Sequence record: NC_008515.1 | From: Escherichia phage RB32 | Direction: 5' to 3' (one strand) | Length of the DNA: 64,000 nt | Part shown: positions 41,648 to 50,756 of the stretch, one piece after another | Layout: the number at the start of each line of letters is the position of its first letter | How positions within the stretch are numbered: position 1 is the first letter of the stretch | The notes under the pieces: model-generated | Told to the model about the DNA's origin: nothing | Database searches by the model: none | The model's input: only the letters and a program-made list of their open reading frames with translations | Program-made: the position numbers and the translations under genes

Positions 41648-41666
41648 CAGTATTGCCGATAGTTGT

Positions 41667-41696
41667 ATAATACCATAGAAGAACAGGGATGTAAAC
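41667..41696 (-). promoter_or_regulatory. Early promoter GTTTAC-N18-TATTAT with A/T-rich upstream block
   Basis: Minus-strand consensus match; upstream block ttttgtgaaaaaattttgaaataaaaaag. Confidence 0.5.
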
Positions 41697-41726
41697 AGTT
41701 TTGTGAAAAAATTTTGAAATAAAAAA

Positions 41727-41745
41727 GGGGACCTCTAGGGTCCCC
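41727..41745 (-). terminator. Terminator GGGGACC-loop-GGUCCCC + U6 after gene 32
   Basis: 7-bp stem followed by UUUUUUAUUUC on the minus transcript, 22 nt after the gene 32 stop. Confidence 0.65.
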
Positions 41746-41767
41746 AATTAATTAGTAATATAATCTA

Positions 41768-42676
41768 TTAAAGATCATTCAAAAGGTCATCCAGGTCCGT
41801 GTCATCAGCACTAGATGAACTGCCAGAGCTTGAGCTCATAAAATCATCTTCAGTTTTTGTATTGAAGTCATCAACATTGAATGCATCCAAATCATCAGCA
41901 ACTTTATCAGCTTTCTTAGCAGCAGTTGCAGCGGCACCGCCCATCACAGCAGTTCCCATAACTTGACTGAACTTAGTGCTCAGTTCTTCAAACGATTTGA
42001 ATTTATCTTTAGAAGTCATTTCAGAAAGGTCAACCATTTGTTCGAACAGTTCTTTCTGGAAAGATTCATCGTCAATGTTTGGAATCGCAGATTGATTCAG
42101 GAATTTAGATTCATCGTAGTTACTAAATCCAGAAACTTGTTTAACTTTCAGTACAAAGTTAGCACCTTCCCACGGACAAGTTACATCAACCGGAGTTTCA
42201 CCCATTTCGACATCAACCGCAATCATTGCATTGATTTTATCCCAGATTTTCTTACCGAAACGGTATTTAAATACTTTACCTTCATTTTCTGGAGCAGCTG
42301 GGTCTTTTACAACAAGAATGTTAGCCCAGTAAGAAGTTTTACGTTTAACAAGACCGTACTCTTTATTGTCAGTGTTGTACAAATCATTTTTACTGATGTA
42401 TTGACATACTGGGCAAGAATCGTAATCACCGTGGGTAGATGAACAGTTTTCAATATACCATTTACCATTTTTCTTGAAACCGTGATTTACAAGAATTGCG
42501 AATGGTGCTTGTTCATCATTTTTAGACGGAAGAAAACGAATTACTGCTTGACCGTTACCCGCATTATCGAGTTTCAGTTTCCACTCGCCTTTATCTTCAG
42601 AAGAAAAACCACCTTTATTTCCAGCCAGTTTAGCCATTTGTGCAGCGAGTTCAGCAGTAGATTTACGTTTAAACAT
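41768..42676 (-). CDS. 32: Single-stranded DNA-binding protein gp32
   Basis: 302 aa, [43 protein letters not shown]..., zinc ligands in [13 protein letters not shown]. Confidence 0.96.
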   Translation of the reverse strand: MFKRKSTAELAAQMAKLAGNKGGFSSEDKGEWKLKLDNAGNGQAVIRFLPSKNDEQAPFAILVNHGFKKNGKWYIENCSSTHGDYDSCPVCQYISKNDLYNTDNKEYGLVKRKTSYWANILVVKDPAAPENEGKVFKYRFGKKIWDKINAMIAVDVEMGETPVDVTCPWEGANFVLKVKQVSGFSNYDESKFLNQSAIPNIDDESFQKELFEQMVDLSEMTSKDKFKSFEELSTKFSQVMGTAVMGGAAATAAKKADKVADDLDAFNVDDFNTKTEDDFMSSSSGSSSSADDTDLDDLLNDL

Positions 42677-42745
42677 TTTTATTTCCTTTTTAATTTAATT
42701 AACAGTTGGTGCTATGACGATGTATGACCTCATAGCTGGTCAGTG
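42677..42745 (-). promoter_or_regulatory. Gene 32 mRNA leader / autogenous translational operator
   Basis: Minus transcript reads ...ACCAACUGUUAAUUAAAUUAAAAAGGAAAUAAAA-AUG preceded by a GC-containing pseudoknot-like segment, as in the T4 gene 32 operator. Confidence 0.55.
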
Positions 42746-42750
42746 AGATA

Positions 42751-42776
42751 ATTATAATCTATTTATAATAAGCAAT
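42751..42776 (-). promoter_or_regulatory. Stacked gene 32 promoters: MotA-box-like TTGCTTA, late TATAAATA, -10 TATAAT
   Basis: Minus strand reads AATTGCTTA-TTATAAATA-GAT-TATAAT. Confidence 0.5.
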
Positions 42777-43429
42777 TAATACTTGCAAGATTTCACAGTT
42801 TCAATGAAAACATTTTTAGCTTTCTGTGAATCAATATTTAAAATTTTTCTATAAGCCTTTAACTTTATAGAATAATTATTCCAGACTAAATTATCAGTCT
42901 GTTCATCATGTTTATCAATTATATTTAAAAATGAATCAAGCAAGATAAACGTCTCAAACGAAATTATGTTCGATTGAAGCAGTTTAAAAATATAACTTGA
43001 TTGAACTTTTGGATTATACTCAAAGATTTCTTTAAAAGCAGAAACTTCAACTTTTTTACTAAAATAATAAATGTTGCGAATATCTTCTTCAAACTTAAAT
43101 TTAATTTGCTTTAAGCGTCCGATATATTCACGATAAAACACAAGTGCATCAGCGTCAGAGATGTCACCAATCCAAGCATCTTGGTTGGCAACCAAATTGC
43201 TTATAAAGATTAAAGCAAGTTCCTTTAATTTATATTTTTCTGATAACTTCTGGAAAAAATACTTATCCCTTCGCTTTTGATAAGCGGCATCAGACACCCG
43301 CATGCACCAATTATACTTAATAACATCATACTTTCCATTCATATGTTGTTTTATCATTAAGTATAATTTATAAACTGATTTACCATCAATGTATCTTTCA
43401 CCACCAGCAGGCATGCGGAGTTTAATCAT
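42776..43429 (-). CDS. 59: Helicase loader gp59
   Basis: 217 aa, same length and position as T4 gp59. Confidence 0.92.
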   Translation of the reverse strand: MIKLRMPAGGERYIDGKSVYKLYLMIKQHMNGKYDVIKYNWCMRVSDAAYQKRRDKYFFQKLSEKYKLKELALIFISNLVANQDAWIGDISDADALVFYREYIGRLKQIKFKFEEDIRNIYYFSKKVEVSAFKEIFEYNPKVQSSYIFKLLQSNIISFETFILLDSFLNIIDKHDEQTDNLVWNNYSIKLKAYRKILNIDSQKAKNVFIETVKSCKY

Positions 43430-43764
43430 AGTAGAAAATCTAATGTATTAGTTTTTTCACAACGAACAACAGAAGGACGTAAAAGATTTTCATCAATAGC
43501 TTCTGACTGAATTTTTTCAATTATACCCGAAGGAATGAATTTAGCAAATTGAGTTTCAGGAATAGAATTTTCTTCCAAGAATGCTGTTGTAGCTTCAAGA
43601 TAACTCATTCCAAACTTTTCTACCATTTTTTCAATAATAAATCCGTTTTCTTGACGATCAAGAAGCTTTGCTATTTCATCCTTTTCTTTCTTGATTGAAA
43701 GTTCTTTTTCTGAAAGACCGGTCTCATCGACCGGACGAATATCATTTAGAGAAAACTGTGTCAT
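43426..43764 (-). CDS. 33: Late transcription co-activator gp33
   Basis: 112 aa from MTQFSLNDIRPVDETG...; the track ORF begins 3 codons upstream. Confidence 0.88.
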   Translation of the reverse strand: MTQFSLNDIRPVDETGLSEKELSIKKEKDEIAKLLDRQENGFIIEKMVEKFGMSYLEATTAFLEENSIPETQFAKFIPSGIIEKIQSEAIDENLLRPSVVRCEKTNTLDFLL

Positions 43765-44011
43765 AAAGTTCAACTACCTCTTCAGTTTCAGCTTCAAACA
43801 CATCACGATTATCTTTATGATACAAAGCTAATAGACGATTAAACATCTTACCATCAACGCCAAGTTCATCTTTGGCACGAATTCGAATGTCTTTAATCAA
43901 TTCATTATAACCGGAAATTTTCAGTTTATGATCAGATGCTTCTTTAATAAATTTAGCCAAGTCTTCGCCATGGATAGCTTCATCAAATTCAACCATTTCT
44001 TTTTTAGCCAT
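43742..44011 (-). CDS. dsbA: Double-stranded DNA-binding protein DsbA
   Basis: 89 aa, same length and position as T4 DsbA; overlaps the gp33 start. Confidence 0.85.
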   Translation of the reverse strand: MAKKEMVEFDEAIHGEDLAKFIKEASDHKLKISGYNELIKDIRIRAKDELGVDGKMFNRLLALYHKDNRDVFEAETEEVVELYDTVFSK

Positions 44012-44019
44012 TATTCACC

Positions 44020-44937
44020 TCAAAATTCATTAATGCTATTAGTTAATTTAGAAAGACCCGCTTTTACAAAATATGAATAAATTTTGCCACGCGGTGGTAA
44101 TTTATATGAATTATAGTAATTCACAATGTTTGAAGCAATATTATCAGGAATATAATCAAAATCAATTAGAACTAAATTTTCTTTATAACGATTATATTCA
44201 GATTCTGTGAGAAGCACCTTAGCTTGCTCACGGTCATTAGCAATAGCTTCAACGATTGAAGTTTTCATTGAAGGAGTTCGTTCACCTTCAACTCTGGTAA
44301 ACCAAAAGTCAGAACGTACTTTAACTGAAGCAACGTTATCCTTTTTGTCACCCTTAAGAATTTTAGTCATACAATCAATTTCAGCAGAACCGCTTTTAAT
44401 TTTAACCCATTTCTTGTGCATCGGTGACCATTGCTTAACATTTGGGTATTTGTGAAGTTGAGTAAAGTCACCATCCGACGAAATGATTAAAATCTTGTGT
44501 CCTTCTAAAGAGAACTTTTTAACAAGCACAGCAATGTGGTCATCTGCTTCATACTTATCAATATCCATAACAATGTATGGCATATAAGCTTTCAATTCAT
44601 CTATAACTTTATGACTGGATTCAAAATAACCTTCCCAGTCCCAAGTAGATTCTTCTCGTGCTTTTCCACGGTTTTTCTTATAATAATAAGCGAAATCACG
44701 ACGCCAATATCCAGATTTTGCGTTATCGATACACAGTACAATTTTAGTGTATCCAAGAGTTTTTGCTTTTTTGACATTAAACTTAATTGAGTTCAATATC
44801 AAATGACGAACCATTGATAAATTAATTTTTTCTTTATCTGGGAAGTTTACTAGAGCAGTTGAAAGAGCAATTTGACTAAAGTCAATAAAGCAAATTCCTT
44901 CTTTGTAATCTTCATCCAGCATCATTTCTAAATCCAT
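44020..44937 (-). CDS. rnh: RNase H (5'-3' exonuclease, FEN family)
   Basis: 305 aa from MDLEMMLDEDYKEG... with SD GAGG upstream. Confidence 0.92.
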   Translation of the reverse strand: MDLEMMLDEDYKEGICFIDFSQIALSTALVNFPDKEKINLSMVRHLILNSIKFNVKKAKTLGYTKIVLCIDNAKSGYWRRDFAYYYKKNRGKAREESTWDWEGYFESSHKVIDELKAYMPYIVMDIDKYEADDHIAVLVKKFSLEGHKILIISSDGDFTQLHKYPNVKQWSPMHKKWVKIKSGSAEIDCMTKILKGDKKDNVASVKVRSDFWFTRVEGERTPSMKTSIVEAIANDREQAKVLLTESEYNRYKENLVLIDFDYIPDNIASNIVNYYNSYKLPPRGKIYSYFVKAGLSKLTNSINEF

Positions 44938-44999
44938 ATGAACCTCGTTCAATTAGTGAGATTTCTATTATATACTATCTAAATCTTAAAGTAAACAGG

Positions 45000-45007
45000 T
45001 ATAAATA
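45000..45007 (+). promoter_or_regulatory. Late promoter TATAAATA for gene 34
   Basis: Exact TATAAATA 35 nt upstream of the gene 34 ATG. Confidence 0.6.
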
Positions 45008-45041
45008 CTTATTATTGAAAACACAATAGGAGCCCGGGAGA

Positions 45042-48000
45042 ATGGCCGAGATTAAAAGAAAGTTCAGAGCAGAAGATGGTCTGGACGCAGGTGGCGATAA
45101 AATAATCAACGTAGCTTTAGCTGATCGTACCGTAGGAACTGACGGTGTTAACGTTGATTACTTAATTCAAGAAAACACAGTTCAGCAATATGATCCAACT
45201 CGTGGATATTTAAAAGATTTTGTAATCATTTATAATAATCGTTTTTGGGCAGCAACGGATAATATTCCAAAACCTGCTGGAAATTTTAATAGAATTCGTT
45301 GGAAAGCATTACGTACTGATGCCGTATATACAACCGTATCATCTGGACCATATCAATTAAAATCCGGAGAAGCAATTTCAGTAGATACATCAGTTGGCAA
45401 TGACATTGAGTTTACTTTACCACCTTCTCCGCTTGATGGAGAAACCGTAATAATTCAAGATATCGGTGGAAAACCTGGCATAAATCAGGTTAAAATAAAT
45501 TCTTCAAATCAGAGTATTGTCAATTTTAGAGGTGAACAGGTACGTTCAGTTTTAATGACTCATCCAAAGTCACAGATGGTATTCATTTTTAATAATCGTT
45601 TGTGGCAAATGTATATTGCTGATTATAGCAGAGAAGCTGCGATTGTTACTCCATCGACTGTATATCAAGCACAATCTAATGATTTTATCGTACGTAGATT
45701 TACTTCTGCCGCACCGATTAATGTTAAACTTCCAAGATTTGCCAATCATGGAGATATCATTAATTTCGTTGATTTAGATAAATTAAATCCACTTTATCAT
45801 ACAATTGTTACGACATATGATGAAACAACGTCAGTGCAAGAAGTTGGAACTCATTCCATTGAAGGCCGTACATCGATTGACGGTTTCTTGATGTTTGATG
45901 ATAATGAGAAATTGTGGAGATTGTTTGACGGGGATAGTAAAGCACGTTTACGCATTATAACAACTAATTCTAATATTCGTCCAAATGAAGAAGTTATGGT
46001 ATTTGGTGCGAATAACGGAACAGCCCAAACAATTGAGCTTCAGCTTCCAACTGATATTTCTGTTGGTGATACTGTTAAAATTTCCATGAATTACATGAGA
46101 AAAGGACAAACAGTTAAAATCAAAGCTGCCGGTGAAGATAAAATTGCTTCTTCAGTTCAATTACTGCAATTCCCAAAACGTTCAGAATATCCGCCTGAAG
46201 CTGAATGGGTAACAGTTCAAGAATTAGTTTTTAATGGTGAAACTAATTATGTACCAGTTTTGCAACTTGCTTATATAGAAGATTCTGATAGAAAATACTG
46301 GGTTGTACAGCAAAACGTTCCAACAGTTGAAAGAGTCGATTCTTTAAATAATTCTACTAGAGCAAGATTAGGCGTAATTGCTTTAGCTACACAAGCTCAA
46401 GCAAATGCTGATTTAGAAAATTCTCCGCAAAAAGAATTGGCAATTACTCCAGAAACGTTAGCTAATCGTACTGCTACTGAAACTCGCAGAGGTATTGCAA
46501 GAATAGCAACTACTGCTCAAGTAAATCAGAACACCACATTCTCTTTTGCAGATGACCTTATCATCACTCCTAAAAAGCTGAATGAAAGAACTGCTACAGA
46601 AACTCGTAGAGGTGTTGCTGAAATTGCTACGCAGCAAGAAACTAATACAGGTACTGATGATACTACAATCATCACTCCTAAAAAGCTTCAAGCTCGTCAA
46701 GGTTCTGAATCATTATCTGGTATTGTAACTTTTGTATCTACTGCAGGAGCTGCTCCAGCTTCTAGCCGTGAATTAAATGGTACGAATGTTTATAATAAAA
46801 ACACTAATAATTTAGTTGTTTCACCTAAAGCTTTGGATCAGTATAAAGCTACTCCAACGCAACAAGGCGCAGTAATTTTAGCAGTTGAAAGTGAAGTAAT
46901 TGCTGGACAGAGTCAGGAAGGATGGGCAAATGCGGTTGTAACACCAGAAACGTTACATAAAAAGACATCAACTGATGGAAGAATTGGTTTAATTGAAATT
47001 GCTACGCAAAGTGAAGTTAATACAGGAACTGATTATACTCGTGCAGTCACTCCTAAAACTTTAAATGACCGTAGAGCAACTGAAAGTTTAAGTGGTATAG
47101 CTGAAATTGCGACACAAGTTGAATTCGACGCAGGCGTCGACGATACTCGTATCTCTACACCATTAAAAATTAAAACCAGATTTAATAGTACTGATCGTAC
47201 TTCTGTTGTTGCTCTATCTGGATTAGTTGAATCAGGAACTCTCTGGGACCATTATACCCTTAATATTCTTGAAGCAAATGAGACACAGCGTGGTACACTT
47301 CGTGTAGCTACGCAGGTCGAAGCTGCTGCAGGAACATTAGATAATGTTTTAATAACTCCTAAAAAGCTTTTAGGTACTAAATCTACTGAAGCACAGGAAG
47401 GTGTTATTAAAGTTGCAACTCAGTCTGAAACTGTGACTGGAACGTCAGCAAATACTGCTGTATCTCCAAAAAATTTAAAATGGATTGTGCAGAGTGAACC
47501 TACTTGGGCAGCAACTACTCTGATAAGAGGTTTTGTTAAAACTTCGTCTGGTTCAATTACATTCGTTGGTAATGATACAGCCGGTTCTACCCAAGATTTA
47601 GAACTGTATGAGAAAAATAACTATGCAGTATCACCATATGAATTAAACCGTGTATTAGCAAATTATCTGCCGTTAAAAGCAAAAGCGGTAGATAGTAATT
47701 TATTAGATGGTCTAGATTCACTCCAGTTCATTCGTAGGGATATTGCGCAGACAGTTAATGGATCATTAACCTTAACCCAACAAACGAATCTGAGTGCCCC
47801 TCTTGTATCATCTAGTACTGCTACGTTTGGTGGATCAGTTACAGCAAATAGTGTACTAACTATTTCTAATACTGGAACAGAAACTCATCTGATTTTTGAG
47901 AAAGGACCTCAAACTGGAACAAACCCGGCTCAAACGATGACTGTCAGAGTGTGGGGAAATCAATTTAGTGGGGAATCAGACACAACACGTTCTACCGTAT

Positions 48001-48911
48001 TTGAAGTTAGTGATGAAACGTCTAGTCATTTTTATTCTCAGCGTAATAAAGCTGGAAATATAACATTTAATATCAACGGTACAGTAACACCGATAAATGT
48101 TAATGCTTCAGGAACATTGAATGCAAATGGTGCTGCAACATTTGGTAATTCAGTCACTGCAACTGGTGAAATTATTTCTCGAAGCGCAAATGCTTTCCGT
48201 GCTATTAACGGAAATTATGGTTTCATTGTTCGCAATGATGGGTCAGTAACGAATTTTATGCTTACTGCATCGGGTGATCAAACTGGCGGATTTAATGGAT
48301 TGCGTCCTTTAGCTATTAATAATGCATCTGGCCAAGTAACGATTGGTGAAAGCTTAATCATTGCAAAAGGTGCTACTATAAGTTCGGGTGGTTTGACTGT
48401 TAACTCGAGAATTCGTTCTCAGGGTACTAAAACCTCTGATTTATATACCCGTGCGCCAACATCTGATACAGTAGGATTCTGGTCAATCGATATTAATGAT
48501 TCAGCCACTTATAACCAGTTTCCGGGTTATTTTAAAATGGTTGAAAAAACTAATGAAGTGACTGGACTTCCATACTTAGAACGTGGTGAAGAAGTTAAAT
48601 CTCCTGGTACATTGACTCAGTTTGGTAACACACTTGATTCACTTTACCAAGATTGGATTACTTATCCAACGACCCCAGAAGCACGTACCACTCGCTGGAC
48701 GCGTACATGGCAGAAAACTAAAAATTCTTGGTCAAGTTTTGTTCAGGTATTTGATGGAGGTAACCCTCCTCAACCTTCGGATATAGGAGCAATCCCATCT
48801 GATAATGGAATAATAGGTAATCTTACTATTCGTGATTTCTTACGAATTGGTAATGTTCGCATTATTCCTGACCTAGTGAATAAAACTGTTAAATTTGAAT
48901 GGGTTGAATAA
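45042..48911 (+). CDS. 34: Long tail fibre proximal subunit gp34
   Basis: 1289 aa, same length as T4 gp34. Confidence 0.96.
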   Translation: MAEIKRKFRAEDGLDAGGDKIINVALADRTVGTDGVNVDYLIQENTVQQYDPTRGYLKDFVIIYNNRFWAATDNIPKPAGNFNRIRWKALRTDAVYTTVSSGPYQLKSGEAISVDTSVGNDIEFTLPPSPLDGETVIIQDIGGKPGINQVKINSSNQSIVNFRGEQVRSVLMTHPKSQMVFIFNNRLWQMYIADYSREAAIVTPSTVYQAQSNDFIVRRFTSAAPINVKLPRFANHGDIINFVDLDKLNPLYHTIVTTYDETTSVQEVGTHSIEGRTSIDGFLMFDDNEKLWRLFDGDSKARLRIITTNSNIRPNEEVMVFGANNGTAQTIELQLPTDISVGDTVKISMNYMRKGQTVKIKAAGEDKIASSVQLLQFPKRSEYPPEAEWVTVQELVFNGETNYVPVLQLAYIEDSDRKYWVVQQNVPTVERVDSLNNSTRARLGVIALATQAQANADLENSPQKELAITPETLANRTATETRRGIARIATTAQVNQNTTFSFADDLIITPKKLNERTATETRRGVAEIATQQETNTGTDDTTIITPKKLQARQGSESLSGIVTFVSTAGAAPASSRELNGTNVYNKNTNNLVVSPKALDQYKATPTQQGAVILAVESEVIAGQSQEGWANAVVTPETLHKKTSTDGRIGLIEIATQSEVNTGTDYTRAVTPKTLNDRRATESLSGIAEIATQVEFDAGVDDTRISTPLKIKTRFNSTDRTSVVALSGLVESGTLWDHYTLNILEANETQRGTLRVATQVEAAAGTLDNVLITPKKLLGTKSTEAQEGVIKVATQSETVTGTSANTAVSPKNLKWIVQSEPTWAATTLIRGFVKTSSGSITFVGNDTAGSTQDLELYEKNNYAVSPYELNRVLANYLPLKAKAVDSNLLDGLDSLQFIRRDIAQTVNGSLTLTQQTNLSAPLVSSSTATFGGSVTANSVLTISNTGTETHLIFEKGPQTGTNPAQTMTVRVWGNQFSGESDTTRSTVFEVSDETSSHFYSQRNKAGNITFNINGTVTPINVNASGTLNANGAATFGNSVTATGEIISRSANAFRAINGNYGFIVRNDGSVTNFMLTASGDQTGGFNGLRPLAINNASGQVTIGESLIIAKGATISSGGLTVNSRIRSQGTKTSDLYTRAPTSDTVGFWSIDINDSATYNQFPGYFKMVEKTNEVTGLPYLERGEEVKSPGTLTQFGNTLDSLYQDWITYPTTPEARTTRWTRTWQKTKNSWSSFVQVFDGGNPPQPSDIGAIPSDNGIIGNLTIRDFLRIGNVRIIPDLVNKTVKFEWVE

Positions 48912-48919
48912 GAGGTATT

Positions 48920-50035
48920 ATGGAAAAATTTATGGCAGAGTTTGGACAAGGATATGTCCAAACGCCATTTTTATCGGAAAGCAATTCAGTAAGATATAAA
49001 ATAAGCATAGCGGGTTCTTGCCCGCTTTCTACTGCGGGGCCATATGTTAAATTTCAGGATAATCCCGTTGGAAATCAAACATTTAGTGCAGGTCTTCATT
49101 TAAGAGTTTTTGACCCTTCTACAGGAGCATTAGTTGATAGTAAGTCATATGCTTTTTCTGCTTCAAACAATACAACATCTACCGCTTTTGTCAGTTTCAT
49201 GAATTCTTTGTCAAACAATAGACTTGTTGCTATATTAACTAGCGGAAAGGTTAATTTTCCTCCTGAAGTGGTATCTTGGTTAAGGGGAGCAGGAACTTCA
49301 GTTTTCCCATCAGATTCAGTATTGTCAAGATTTGACGTGTCATATGCTGCTTTTTACACTTCTTCTAAAAGAGCTATCGCATTAGAGCATGTTAAACTAA
49401 GTAATAGAAAAAGCACAGATGACTATCAAACTATGTTAGATGTTGTATTTGATAGTTTAGAAGACGTCGGAGCTACAGGATTTCCTAAAAGAACATACGA
49501 AAGCGTTGAGCAATTTATGTCTGCGGTTGGTGGAACTAATAACGAAATTGCGCGATTGCCAACTTCAGCTGCTATAAGTAAACTTTCTGACTACAATTTA
49601 ATTCCTGGTGATGTTCTTTATCTTAAAGCACAACTATATGCTGATGCTGATTTACTTGATCTTGGAACTGCAAATATATCTATTCGTTTTTATGATGCAT
49701 CAAATGGATATATTTCCTCGACCCAAGCTGAGTTTACTGGGCAAGCTGGGTCTTGGGAATTAAAAGAAGATTATGTAGTTGTTCCTGAAAATGCAGTAGG
49801 ATTTACGATATATGCACAAAGAACTGCCCAAGCAGGTCAAGGCGGCATGAGAAATTTAAGCTTTTCTGAAGTATCAAGAAATGGCGGAATTTCGAAACCT
49901 GCTGAATTTGGTGTCAATGGTATTCGTGTTAATTATATCGGTGAATCCTCTTCACCTCCAGATATAATGGTACTTCCTACACAGGCATCGTCTAAAACTG
50001 GTAAAGTGTTTGGACAGGAATTTAGAGAAGTTTAA
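48920..50035 (+). CDS. 35: Long tail fibre hinge connector gp35
   Basis: 371 aa, T4 gp35 position and approximate length. Confidence 0.92.
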   Translation: MEKFMAEFGQGYVQTPFLSESNSVRYKISIAGSCPLSTAGPYVKFQDNPVGNQTFSAGLHLRVFDPSTGALVDSKSYAFSASNNTTSTAFVSFMNSLSNNRLVAILTSGKVNFPPEVVSWLRGAGTSVFPSDSVLSRFDVSYAAFYTSSKRAIALEHVKLSNRKSTDDYQTMLDVVFDSLEDVGATGFPKRTYESVEQFMSAVGGTNNEIARLPTSAAISKLSDYNLIPGDVLYLKAQLYADADLLDLGTANISIRFYDASNGYISSTQAEFTGQAGSWELKEDYVVVPENAVGFTIYAQRTAQAGQGGMRNLSFSEVSRNGGISKPAEFGVNGIRVNYIGESSSPPDIMVLPTQASSKTGKVFGQEFREV

Positions 50036-50041
50036 ACTGAG

Positions 50042-50057
50042 GGAGCCTTCGGGTTCC
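50042..50057 (+). terminator. Stem-loop GGAGCC-UUCG-GGUUCC + U-run after gene 35
   Basis: Hairpin with one G-U pair followed by ttttttc. Confidence 0.55.
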
Positions 50058-50066
50058 TTTTTTCTT

Positions 50067-50074
50067 TATAAATA
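50067..50074 (+). promoter_or_regulatory. Late promoter TATAAATA for gene 36
   Basis: Exact TATAAATA 24 nt upstream of the gene 36 ATG. Confidence 0.6.
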
Positions 50075-50097
50075 ATATTAAAATAAAGGGGCATACA

Positions 50098-50748
50098 ATG
50101 GCTGATTTAAAAGTAGGTTCAACTGTAGGTGGATCTGTCATTTGGCATCAAGGAAATTTTCCATTGAATTCAGCCGGTGACGATGTACTCTACAAATCAT
50201 TTAAAATATATTCAGAATATAATAAACCGCAGGCAGCTGATAACGATTTCGTTTCTAAAGCTAATGGTGGTACTTACGCCGGTCCAATTACTATTAATTA
50301 CGGGGTAAATAGTTATCTTCAATTAAGTAATAATGAAACCCCTATCCGAATTCGTTCTGGTGGCGGCACTGGTAATACTCTTGTAGTTGGCGGCTCTTCC
50401 GGCGGTATTAGTTTTAGACCTGCAGGTAGTGAAATCACTACTGGACAAATTACTATTACGCCAGAAGGTTTGACAACATTTACCAGGGCTGTAACGGCTC
50501 CATCGGTAACTGTTACATCTACTCCTTCCGCAGCATCTGATGTTACTCGCAAAGATTATGTTGATGGAGCAATAAATACTGTTACAGCAAATGCAAACTC
50601 TAGGGTATTACGCTCTGGAGACACTATGACAGGAAATTTAACTGCGCCAAACCTTTTTTCACAGAATCCTGCATCTCAACCTTCACACGTTCCACGATTT
50701 GACCAAATCGTAATTAAGGATTCTGTTCAAGATTTCGGCTATTATTAA
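50098..50748 (+). CDS. 36: Long tail fibre distal connector gp36
   Basis: 216 aa, T4 gp36 position and approximate length. Confidence 0.9.
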   Translation: MADLKVGSTVGGSVIWHQGNFPLNSAGDDVLYKSFKIYSEYNKPQAADNDFVSKANGGTYAGPITINYGVNSYLQLSNNETPIRIRSGGGTGNTLVVGGSSGGISFRPAGSEITTGQITITPEGLTTFTRAVTAPSVTVTSTPSAASDVTRKDYVDGAINTVTANANSRVLRSGDTMTGNLTAPNLFSQNPASQPSHVPRFDQIVIKDSVQDFGYY

Positions 50749-50756
50749 GAGGACTT

